Numbered from the stretch's first letter, positions 17,025 through 25,182 are shown. The stretch is 64,000 nucleotides of DNA from Congregibacter sp. (GCF_047617445.1 NZ_JBLGBE010000005.1:5093-69092); one strand, 5' to 3'. The notes: generated from the letters alone by a model not told the origin. Made by a program: numbers and translations.

Positions 17025-18488
17025 ATGATGCACCCCGTAAAACCCGTCCTTGTTGCCACATTGCTCATGTCGTTGGGCATTGCTCCGCTCATGGCAAAAC
17101 AAGATATGCCCGAGATTCCCCAGGAGCTCGAAGCCACGTTCGATGCCTTGTCTGTTGAGAAGCGCGAGTACCTTATGGAGGAAGGCGAGGGCTTTGCGGG
17201 GACCTGGGAGAAACTGTTTGTGCGTCTTCGGGGCAAGAGTGCCGAGGAGTTAGAAGCCTTTGTAGACGCCATGCAATATCTTGAAAGCGCCAGCAAGTTC
17301 AATCCCGAAACAGACATGGCCTCTATTCCTTTGAACATCGAGGCAGAGGATTTTAATGGTTGGAAACTCATGAATCCCCGAGTGTTGGCGACCCAGCGAG
17401 AGCCCGGACCTATCAATCTAAGCTATTACGCGGAGGGCTCGCGCGGGGGTGTGCAAACTTTTGCGGGCGCTCCCTTGGCAATTTACCCTGAGGATTTGAT
17501 CGCCGGTGACGTAGAGGTAGCCATCGTCGGCGCGCCCCTTGATATGGGGACCTACTATCGGGGCCAGCGCTTTGGGCCTCAGGCCATGCGCAGCGGTTAC
17601 TACCAAGCAGGTAATGACATGGCGACCATGGTCAACCCGAGTAAAGTACTGAGTATTGTGGATTACGGTGATATCGCCATCGACAATATGAGCACCGAAA
17701 TCAGTGTGCATCACGTGCGGGAGCGCATCGCCGAAATCGCCAAGACCGGAGCCATACCTTTCATTGTGGGGGGTGATCACTCCTTGGAATATCCGGACAT
17801 CGCGGGGCTCGCCGATGTGCATGGAAAGGGTAGTTTTGGCGTTGTGCACTTCGATTCCCACTTTGACGCGGGCAAGGGGCAAGCGCATTACATTACCCAC
17901 GGTCAGCCTGTGTACCGAGCGATCAAGGAAGGCCATGTAAAAGCAGAAAACTTTATTCAGGTGGGTCTGCGCGGGCCCTGGCCCGGCGATTGGGGTTTTG
18001 AATGGATGCGCAATAACGGAATGCGTTATCACCCTATGGCTGAGATAGAGAAGAAAGGCTGGAAAGAAGTCATGGAAGACGCACTTCGCGAGGCTAGAGA
18101 AGGCACCGAGAAGCTGTTTATATCCTTTGATGTCGACGTCTTGGATCCCGCTTTTGTTCCCGGCACGGGTACCCCCGTTCCTGGTGGACTAACCATGCGT
18201 GAAGCCATTCCCATCGTTCGGGCGCTGTGCACCGAGAGCGAAATGATTGGCTTCGAAATTGTGGAGCTGGACCCGTTGCTCGATAACACCTATCGCTCGG
18301 CACTGAATGCTAACTACATCATGCACGCCTGCTTGACGGGTATAGCCATGCGTAAAATGGGCATAACAGATGGATCTTATCTCTCTGACTTGTCTACTGA
18401 AGATCAGCAACCTAAGTCTGGTAAGCGAGGACTCAAGGCCGGTGACGCGGAAGAGATCGACCCCGGGTATGGTCGCCCCCGGCCTTAG
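17025..18488 (+). CDS. Arginase/agmatinase-family ureohydrolase with signal peptide and long N-terminal extension; substrate unknown
   Basis: The ATG at 17025 is preceded by AAGGA. Signal-like N-terminus MMHPVKPVLVATLLMSLGIAPLMA. The catalytic core starts about 140 aa in and has all family metal motifs: GGDHSLEYP, VHFDSHFD, SFDVDVLDP, EIVELDP. It ends in a ~45-aa low-complexity C-terminal tail. Confidence 0.8.
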   Translation: MMHPVKPVLVATLLMSLGIAPLMAKQDMPEIPQELEATFDALSVEKREYLMEEGEGFAGTWEKLFVRLRGKSAEELEAFVDAMQYLESASKFNPETDMASIPLNIEAEDFNGWKLMNPRVLATQREPGPINLSYYAEGSRGGVQTFAGAPLAIYPEDLIAGDVEVAIVGAPLDMGTYYRGQRFGPQAMRSGYYQAGNDMATMVNPSKVLSIVDYGDIAIDNMSTEISVHHVRERIAEIAKTGAIPFIVGGDHSLEYPDIAGLADVHGKGSFGVVHFDSHFDAGKGQAHYITHGQPVYRAIKEGHVKAENFIQVGLRGPWPGDWGFEWMRNNGMRYHPMAEIEKKGWKEVMEDALREAREGTEKLFISFDVDVLDPAFVPGTGTPVPGGLTMREAIPIVRALCTESEMIGFEIVELDPLLDNTYRSALNANYIMHACLTGIAMRKMGITDGSYLSDLSTEDQQPKSGKRGLKAGDAEEIDPGYGRPRP

Positions 18489-18524
18489 ATGACGGAGATT
18501 TTCGTCTGAGGCGCTGAGTGCACA

Positions 18525-19328
18525 ATGAGTAATGGAGGTCTTATAAGCCGATTGCTTAGGGATCCAGTGCTGGCATTTTTTGCATTGGGTGCGTCGCTAT
18601 TTGTGGTTTTCGGCCTGTTGCAGCGGGAGGAGGCAGCGCCCGTTTTGCTCAGCAAGGGTGCTCAGGCACTGTTGGTGAGCGAATGGGAAATGCTTACGGG
18701 ACGATCGGCGGATACCAGTGACGTTCGGCGAATTGTCGAAGATTATTATCAGCGCGAACTGTTGTTTCGCGAGGGTCTCAGTCGAGAGCTCTATCAGAGC
18801 GATCTCAGTGTCCGCGAGTTGATTATTGAACTCATGCAGCAGCAGGTCACGGGTGAGCTTCCGGAGCCTTCAGGTAAAGACCTCGTCAACTTCTATACGG
18901 ACAACATCGATCGCTACTATAGCGAAGCCACTATTAGTTTTAGTCAGCGCTTGTTCCGCGCTGCACCTGAAAACCCCGATGAACTGAGAGCTCAGCTGAA
19001 GCAGGGTGATGCAATAAGCGATGCTGTGCCACGGCAGGGTAAGGACTTTCCGGATTATGGCGTGAGTATGATTCGGGGCTTGTTTGGACAATCGTTATTG
19101 GCGGTGCTCGAAGACCTATCGATGGGTGATTGGCAAGGACCTTATCAATCTCCTGAGGGCTGGCACTACTTTCGCGTCGTGCGGCGTGAGCAGCCAGCAC
19201 TGTTGTCGTTTGAGCGCGTGAGCGATCAGGTGATGGCGGACTACCAGGCCGCAGCGGTGTCGGAAGCGGTTGCTGCGTTTATCGAGGCAAAGCGCGCGAA
19301 GTACCCGCTCAGGATTGACCCAGATTAG
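18525..19328 (+). CDS. Membrane-anchored parvulin-like (PpiC-type) peptidyl-prolyl isomerase domain protein
   Basis: 267 aa with an N-terminal TM helix (VLAFFALGASLFVVFGLL). The C-terminal degenerate parvulin signature is ...GLFGQSLLAVLEDLSMGDWQGPYQSPEGWHYFRV. It lies 36 nt downstream of the ureohydrolase gene. Confidence 0.5.
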   Translation: MSNGGLISRLLRDPVLAFFALGASLFVVFGLLQREEAAPVLLSKGAQALLVSEWEMLTGRSADTSDVRRIVEDYYQRELLFREGLSRELYQSDLSVRELIIELMQQQVTGELPEPSGKDLVNFYTDNIDRYYSEATISFSQRLFRAAPENPDELRAQLKQGDAISDAVPRQGKDFPDYGVSMIRGLFGQSLLAVLEDLSMGDWQGPYQSPEGWHYFRVVRREQPALLSFERVSDQVMADYQAAAVSEAVAAFIEAKRAKYPLRIDPD

Positions 19329-19337
19329 AAACTCCCA

Positions 19338-19385
19338 TGCACGGTTTTTGTGCGCACCCCGGGCGTTTTGCTGGAAATTGGTGCA
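19338..19385 (+). promoter_or_regulatory. Two NtrC-type enhancer-like sites upstream of urtA
   Basis: TGCAC-N7-GTGCg at 19338-19354 and TGCtg-N7-GTGCA at 19369-19385, compared with the NtrC consensus TGCAC-N7-GTGCA. The centres are 31 bp apart and lie about 85 and 116 bp upstream of the predicted sigma-54 transcription start. Confidence 0.45.
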
Positions 19386-19435
19386 GCAGTCTTCCGTGTC
19401 GATTCCCAGCCGTGATGGCTAGTGCCTGCTAACGG

Positions 19436-19451
19436 TGGCTCGGCTTTTGCA
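19436..19451 (+). promoter_or_regulatory. Sigma-54 (-24/-12) promoter of the urt operon
   Basis: TGGCTCG-GCTT-TTGCA matches TGGCACG-N4-TTGCW with one mismatch and correct 12-nt GG/GC spacing. It lies inside the ORF-track start (19422), so the real urtA start must be further downstream. Confidence 0.65.
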
Positions 19452-19478
19452 GAGCTTTGTGGATACGCTGGATATCTC

Positions 19479-20813
19479 ATGGAGAAACCGTTAATGAATT
19501 GGCACCTTCGCAGGTTTTTCGCAGCTGGCAGCCTTCACTGCCTGACCCTGACCCTGGGCTTAGTGTTATGTCTGATCTCTTTTGGTGCTCGCAGTCAGGA
19601 CCCGGAGCCTATTCGGGTCGGCGTGCTGCACTCCTTGTCCGGGACCATGGCAATCAGCGAGACGACGCTAAAAGACACTGTGTTGATGCTTGTTGAGCAA
19701 CAGAATGCTCGCGGTGGGCTACTGGGACGACCCTTAGAAGCCGTTGTTGTAGATCCAGCTTCGGACTGGCCGCTCTTCGCAGAAAAGGCGAGAGAGTTGT
19801 TGGTGCGCGAAAAGGTGGACGTTGTGTTTGGCTGCTGGACCTCGGTGTCGCGCAAGTCGGTGCTACCGGTGTTTGAGGAACTCAATGGTTTGCTGTTTTA
19901 CCCGGTTCAATACGAAGGTGAGGAGTCGTCTCGCAACGTTTTCTACACGGGGGCGGCGCCCAATCAACAGGCTATACCTGCGGTGGACTATTTGATGACT
20001 CAGGGAGTCACGCGCTGGGTGCTTGTTGGGACCGATTATGTATATCCCAGGACGACTAATAAGATTCTGCAGGCCTATCTTGAGCAAAAAGGCGTAACGC
20101 CCGACGACATCCTCGTTAATTACACACCCTTTGGTCACTCTGACTGGCAGAGTATTGTGGCTGAAATAAAGCGCTTTGGTAGCACGGGAGCCAAGACTGC
20201 GGTGGTCTCGACAGTGAATGGTGATGCGAATGTGCCCTTTTACAAAGAGCTGGCAAACCAGGGCGTCAGCGCTACGGACATTCCGGTGATCGCATTTTCC
20301 GTGGGTGAAGAAGAGCTCTCAGGTATAGATACTGCCCCCCTTGTTGGTCACCTCGCAGCTTGGAACTATTTCATGAGTGTCGAGGATGATGCCAACTTTG
20401 ATTTTATCGATCAGTGGCTGGCATTTATCGGCGATGATAATCGCGTCACCAATGATCCCATGGAGGCGCATTACATCGGTTTCAATATGTGGGCAAAAGC
20501 GGTGGAAGTGGCCCAAAGCACGGATTCGGATGCGGTACAGGATGCCATCGTCGGTATAAGCGTGCCCAATCTGTCGGGCGGAATGGCGACCATGCAGGCC
20601 AACCATCACATCACCAAGCCAGTGCTTATCGGCGAGATTCTCGATGATGGTCAGTTCCAGGTCGTTTGGCAAACCCCCGAGACTGTTGCCGGCGACGCCT
20701 GGTCAGACTACTTGCCGGGTTCAAAGAATCTTTTGGCCGATTGGCGGGCGCCTATGCGCTGTGGCAATTATCAGCAAGAGGAAAAGCGCTGCCTGGCGGT
20801 AAGCAACGAATAG
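19479..20813 (+). CDS. urtA: Urea ABC transporter substrate-binding protein
   Basis: The mature region IRVGVLHSLSGTMAISETTLKDTVLMLVEQQNARGGLLGRPLE... is typical UrtA (Leu/Ile/Val-binding fold). The start is taken as ATG 19479 (or 19494), downstream of the sigma-54 promoter. The leader has an RR-containing signal (HLRRFFAAGSL). Confidence 0.88.
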   Translation: MEKPLMNWHLRRFFAAGSLHCLTLTLGLVLCLISFGARSQDPEPIRVGVLHSLSGTMAISETTLKDTVLMLVEQQNARGGLLGRPLEAVVVDPASDWPLFAEKARELLVREKVDVVFGCWTSVSRKSVLPVFEELNGLLFYPVQYEGEESSRNVFYTGAAPNQQAIPAVDYLMTQGVTRWVLVGTDYVYPRTTNKILQAYLEQKGVTPDDILVNYTPFGHSDWQSIVAEIKRFGSTGAKTAVVSTVNGDANVPFYKELANQGVSATDIPVIAFSVGEEELSGIDTAPLVGHLAAWNYFMSVEDDANFDFIDQWLAFIGDDNRVTNDPMEAHYIGFNMWAKAVEVAQSTDSDAVQDAIVGISVPNLSGGMATMQANHHITKPVLIGEILDDGQFQVVWQTPETVAGDAWSDYLPGSKNLLADWRAPMRCGNYQQEEKRCLAVSNE

Positions 20814-20871
20814 CGACCCGTTTCCATCATGTTTTCATGCTGCGATTCGACGCTGCGTCCTGGTTAATGCA

Positions 20872-22461
20872 ATGTTGATGCTGCACTCACTGCTGCTTTG
20901 CTTGCTGATCACACTGCCGGTGCAGGCCGCGTCTCTGCGTGACTGGGTTGATGAACTCGGCACAGCAGACACCGAGCAAAAACGTGAGCTTCTCGCGCAA
21001 ATTGCCGCCAGTGGTGACGATAGGTCCGATAGAGTCTTTGATGCCTTCGCCCGCGGCGCGCTGTATCTGGATCGTCGCAGTTTGTCTGTGGTGATCGCAC
21101 AACGGAAGGGCGCGGCGTATCTGCTGAGCGATGTGCTCACGGGCGAAGATCTGGGCGGCGCAGGACGTCGAGATGTGCGACGTATTGCTATCGACAACAG
21201 CCTGCGCGCAGAACTACAGAGTCTGCAGTCCATAGCTCGTTTGTCTGTCAGTGATGAGCAGCAACGAGGCGCTGCCATTGCCGAGATTCTCGCAGCGCCA
21301 ACCGTAATCGCCCTGGAGGCCCTCGCTGCTAGAAAATCCTTGGAATCTGTTGCGCAATTGCAGGATCAGATTGCTATTGGTTTGGCTCTTCAAGCGCTGG
21401 CGGGGAGTGATCCGACAGATATCGAAGCCGCTTTGGTGACATTGCGCGGTCGTGTGGATCCGGTGGTACGCGCTTCGCTGGTGACGCTTGGCCAACGCGA
21501 GGACATAGCTGAGTCTATTCAAGGCGAGGCTACGAGGCTTTTGTCTCTGGCGGAGAGCCGCTTGCTTTGGCTGGGACGTCTTGAGTCTTTGTTTTTTGGT
21601 CTTAGTTTGGGGTCGGTGCTGTTGTTGTCTGCGGTGGGTTTGGCGATCACCTTTGGCGTGATGGGTGTAATCAATATGGCGCATGGCGAGCTGATTATGC
21701 TGGGCGCCTACACCACATGGGTTCTGCAGCAAATGCTGCCCGGTCAGCCCGGCATCGCTCTGATATTGGCGATACCGGCCGCATTTTTGGTGTCGGCTGC
21801 AGTCGGTCTGGTGATTGAGCGGGGTGTTATACGTTTTCTCTACGGACGCCCCCTGGAAACGCTACTTGCCACTTTCGGCATCAGTCTGATTTTGCAGCAG
21901 GCCGTACGCTCAATTTTTTCACCGTTGAACCGATCTGTAGTTACCCCGCAATGGTTGAGCGGGGCCTGGGAGGTGACGCAGGGTCTGTCTCTGACCTACA
22001 ACCGGATGGCAATCCTAGTGTTCTCTCTCATGGTGTTTGCGGCCTTGTTAACGCTGATGCGCTACACCCGGCTGGGACTGCAGGTGCGTGCAGTGGCGCA
22101 AAACCGTGCTATGGCTAGAGCGCTGGGCGTACGCAGCGCGCGGGTGGATGCTCTGACGTTCGCTTTGGGGTCCGGGGTCGCGGGAGTGGCCGGTGTTGCG
22201 TTGTCTCAATTAACCAATGTTGGGCCGAATTTGGGGCAGGCATACATTATTGATTCATTCCTTGTCGTGGTCTTCGGCGGCGTTGGAAACCTATGGGGCA
22301 CGCTTGTGGCTGCGTTCTCTTTGGGGGTTGCCAACAAAGTATTGGAGCCTGCTACGGGTGCCGTACTTGCAAAAATACTGCTCTTAGTTGCCCTGATTCT
22401 GTTTCTGCAGCGCCGGCCGCAGGGGCTTTTCCCTCGTCTTGGCAGGGACGATAGCAGCTGA
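20872..22461 (+). CDS. urtB: Urea ABC transporter permease with a ~240-aa N-terminal periplasmic extension
   Basis: 529 aa. The C-terminal ~290 aa is a branched-chain-type permease (GVINMAHGELIMLGAY...). The N-terminal part has a signal peptide and a helical repeat-like region. Gene order is urtA-B-C-D-E. Confidence 0.85.
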   Translation: MLMLHSLLLCLLITLPVQAASLRDWVDELGTADTEQKRELLAQIAASGDDRSDRVFDAFARGALYLDRRSLSVVIAQRKGAAYLLSDVLTGEDLGGAGRRDVRRIAIDNSLRAELQSLQSIARLSVSDEQQRGAAIAEILAAPTVIALEALAARKSLESVAQLQDQIAIGLALQALAGSDPTDIEAALVTLRGRVDPVVRASLVTLGQREDIAESIQGEATRLLSLAESRLLWLGRLESLFFGLSLGSVLLLSAVGLAITFGVMGVINMAHGELIMLGAYTTWVLQQMLPGQPGIALILAIPAAFLVSAAVGLVIERGVIRFLYGRPLETLLATFGISLILQQAVRSIFSPLNRSVVTPQWLSGAWEVTQGLSLTYNRMAILVFSLMVFAALLTLMRYTRLGLQVRAVAQNRAMARALGVRSARVDALTFALGSGVAGVAGVALSQLTNVGPNLGQAYIIDSFLVVVFGGVGNLWGTLVAAFSLGVANKVLEPATGAVLAKILLLVALILFLQRRPQGLFPRLGRDDSS

Positions 22462-23546
22462 TGTCTTTTTTAAGTGCCTTTGCTGGGGAGCGTGCTTACC
22501 GATTCACCGTGACTGCTTTGCTCTGTCTGGCAATCGGCGTGCCCTTGTCGAACCTTCTATTACCCCAGGAATCAAGCTTCGCGCTCTCGAGTTATAGCGT
22601 GTCTTTGTTGGGTAAGTACTTGTGCTACGCCTTGTTGGCTCTGGCCTTGGATCTTGTCTGGGGTTACGCGGGGCTATTGAGCCTCGGGCACGGTGCGTTT
22701 TTTGCCTTGGGCGGTTACGCCATGGGTATGTATCTCATGCGCCAGATCGGCAGTCGCGGTGTTTATGGCGACCCTGAGCTGCCTGACTTCATGGTCTTTC
22801 TCGACTGGCAGGAGCTTCCCTGGTACTGGTTGGGTTTTGATAGCTTTGGTTTTTCGCTGGGCATGGCGCTGTTGGTTCCCGGGTTTTTCGCCTTATTGTT
22901 TGGGTGGTTGGCCTTTCGTTCTCGGGTAACTGGTGTCTATTTTTCGATCATGACTCAAGCAATGACCTTTGCCTTGATGCTGGCGTTTTTTCGCAACGAG
23001 ATGGGCTTTGGTGGGAACAATGGACTAACGGACTTCAAAGAAATTCTTGGCTTTGATATGCAGTCGGACGCGGTTCGTTGCGGCCTGTTTGTCGCTACAG
23101 CATTACTGCTTCTTGGCAGTTACATTGGCTGTCGGTGGATGCTCGCTACCCGTTTTGGAAGTGTGGTTGTTGCATTGCGTGATGCGGAGTCGAGGGTGCG
23201 CTTTTTGGGATACTCCGTGGCGAGCTACAAGCTGGTGGTGTTTGTCGTATCTGCAATGCTTGCTGGCTTGGCCGGTGCGCTCTACGTGCCTCAGGTTGGG
23301 ATTATTAACCCGGGTGAGTTTCAGCCGCTTAACTCCATCGAAATAGCGATCTGGGTGGCTGTGGGTGGTAGGGGCACGCTGCACGGCGCGATGCTGGGCG
23401 CGGTAATCATCGCCGCAGCGGAGACCATGCTCACCGCTCGCCTGCCAGAACTCTGGCTGTTTGCCCTGGGTGGGTTGTTCTTGCTGGTTACCCTACTGCT
23501 TCCTCAGGGCGTTGCCGGCCTACTCGAGGGTCGGCGTAGTGATTGA
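22461..23546 (+). CDS. urtC: Urea ABC transporter permease
   Basis: 361 aa LivM-like permease (GLLSLGHGAFFALGGY, GGNNGLT). Its start overlaps the urtB stop (TGATG). Confidence 0.88.
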   Translation: MSFLSAFAGERAYRFTVTALLCLAIGVPLSNLLLPQESSFALSSYSVSLLGKYLCYALLALALDLVWGYAGLLSLGHGAFFALGGYAMGMYLMRQIGSRGVYGDPELPDFMVFLDWQELPWYWLGFDSFGFSLGMALLVPGFFALLFGWLAFRSRVTGVYFSIMTQAMTFALMLAFFRNEMGFGGNNGLTDFKEILGFDMQSDAVRCGLFVATALLLLGSYIGCRWMLATRFGSVVVALRDAESRVRFLGYSVASYKLVVFVVSAMLAGLAGALYVPQVGIINPGEFQPLNSIEIAIWVAVGGRGTLHGAMLGAVIIAAAETMLTARLPELWLFALGGLFLLVTLLLPQGVAGLLEGRRSD

Positions 23547-24306
23547 GTCCGTTGATACACGCCACGGCGTGATTCTCTATCTGGAGGACGTCAGCGTAAG
23601 TTTCTCGGGATACAAAGCGCTGAACAATTTGTCCCTGGCCGTTGATAGTGGAGAGTTGCGCTGTCTTATTGGACCCAATGGTGCGGGAAAGACAACTTTG
23701 ATGGATGTAATTACCGGCAAAACACGCCCTGATCGGGGCTCGGTGTTTCTTGGTCAGGACATTAATCTACTGCAACATGATGAAGCGACGATTGCTCGTT
23801 TGGGTATCGGCCGTAAGTTTCAGAAGCCCTCGGTGTTTCCTCAGCAGAGCGTTCGCGACAACCTCGCGTTGGCCGTGCAAGGACATCGCTCTCCCTGGGA
23901 AGCCTTGCGGTATCGCCCGAGCACAGCGGACAGGGATCGGGTTGTGGCCTTGCTCGAGACCGTCGCGTTGGATTCCGTGGCCCACAAGCTTGCGGGAGGT
24001 CTGTCTCACGGTCAAAAGCAATGGCTTGAAATCGGGATGTTGCTCGCGCAGGAGCCGATGTTGCTGCTCATTGACGAGCCCGTGGCGGGGATGACGCAAC
24101 AAGAAACTGAACGTACCGGGGAGCTGCTGCAGTCGCTGGTGCCCCAACGCTCTGTAGTTGTGGTGGAGCATGACATGGTGTTTGTTCGCTCCATTGCTCG
24201 AAAGGTGACTGTGCTGCATGAAGGCGCCGTACTCATGGAGGGCAGTATCGACGAGGTGCAGTCTGATAGCAGGGTGCGTGAAGTCTACCTGGGCAAAGCA
24301 TGCTAA
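23539..24306 (+). CDS. urtD: Urea ABC transporter ATP-binding protein
   Basis: Walker A GPNGAGKTT, signature LSHGQKQWLEIG, Walker B LLLIDEP. I prefer the GTG at 23539, which overlaps the urtC stop by 8 nt, over the upstream ORF-track start inside urtC. Confidence 0.85.
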   Translation: MIESVDTRHGVILYLEDVSVSFSGYKALNNLSLAVDSGELRCLIGPNGAGKTTLMDVITGKTRPDRGSVFLGQDINLLQHDEATIARLGIGRKFQKPSVFPQQSVRDNLALAVQGHRSPWEALRYRPSTADRDRVVALLETVALDSVAHKLAGGLSHGQKQWLEIGMLLAQEPMLLLIDEPVAGMTQQETERTGELLQSLVPQRSVVVVEHDMVFVRSIARKVTVLHEGAVLMEGSIDEVQSDSRVREVYLGKAC

Positions 24307-24995
24307 GAATTCGGGGGCTCAATCAGTACTACGGCGCGAGTCATACGCTGCGAGACGTAGATTTGAGCGTCGGTGGCGGGCGAGTGTTTTGTCTCATGGG
24401 GCGCAACGGTGTAGGTAAAACAACGCTTTTGAATACCGTGCTGGGCTTGCTGTCGGTCCACAGTGGGGCGATTGAGCTTGCAGGTGTTGCCATAGATAAG
24501 CTGGCGACAGAAGATCGCGTCGCGAAAGGCATTGCCTATGTGCCTCAGGGACGGATGATCTTCCCTGATCTTTCCGTGATGGAGAATCTGCGTGTGGCTT
24601 TGGCGGGGCGTCGGGGGGGTGGCAAAAAAATACCAGAACAAATATTCGATTTCTTTCCGGTACTCGCTGAGATGGCGAACCGCCGCGGCGGGGATTTATC
24701 TGGCGGCCAGCAGCAACAGCTGGCGATCGGTCGCGCCCTGGTGCTCGAGCCCCGAATCTTGTTGTTGGATGAACCTTGCGAGGGTATTCAGCCGAATATC
24801 GTGCAGCTCATCGCTGAGGTCATTCAGCGATTGCGTTCAGAGCAGGGACTTAGTGTATTGCTAGTGGAGCAGAAGTTGCCCTTTGCCCGGTCAGTCGCGG
24901 ATGATTTTGCGATTATGGATCGCGGAGCAGTGGTGGCTACAGGTGCTATGGATGAGCTGTCAGAGAGTCTTGTCGGTGAGTATCTGACTGTCTGA
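24300..24995 (+). CDS. urtE: Urea ABC transporter ATP-binding protein
   Basis: 231 aa. Walker A GRNGVGKTT, signature LSGGQQQQLAIGRAL, Walker B LLLDEP. The ATG overlaps the urtD stop. Confidence 0.88.
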   Translation: MLRIRGLNQYYGASHTLRDVDLSVGGGRVFCLMGRNGVGKTTLLNTVLGLLSVHSGAIELAGVAIDKLATEDRVAKGIAYVPQGRMIFPDLSVMENLRVALAGRRGGGKKIPEQIFDFFPVLAEMANRRGGDLSGGQQQQLAIGRALVLEPRILLLDEPCEGIQPNIVQLIAEVIQRLRSEQGLSVLLVEQKLPFARSVADDFAIMDRGAVVATGAMDELSESLVGEYLTV

Positions 24996-25010
24996 CCGGC
25001 TCGTACTTTC

Positions 25011-25030
25011 CACTCATCACTCATCACTCA
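25011..25030. repeat. Heptanucleotide tandem repeat (CACTCAT x ~2.9)
   Basis: cactcat cactcat cactca, read directly, 16 nt after the urtE stop. Confidence 0.7.
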
Positions 25031-25036
25031 GCCTTA

Positions 25037-25106
25037 GGGCTACTGACGCTATTTATGTAACGAGCGTCCCCCTCCCAGCGAGTGAAGTGAATAGCGTCAG
25101 TAGCCC
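25037..25106. repeat. Perfect 17-bp inverted repeat separated by 36 nt
   Basis: GGGCTACTGACGCTATT (25037-25053) and AATAGCGTCAGTAGCCC (25090-25106) are exact reverse complements. It lies between the convergent urtE and PDZ-protein genes. There is no flanking T-run, so it is not a canonical intrinsic terminator. Confidence 0.8.
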
Positions 25107-25182
25107 CAGACTTGGCGTTGGAGTCGGCCAGCGTACCCGAATTGCTTCACAATCCGCACCTGCTGGCCTTGATGGTGCTTTG

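Noticed and set aside
25037-25106. Considered a MITE/IS remnant or a canonical intrinsic terminator
   Set aside because: There is no target-site duplication, no second copy in the window and no transposase. The 36-nt loop and the absence of U-tracts do not fit a textbook terminator. I kept it only as an unexplained inverted repeat.
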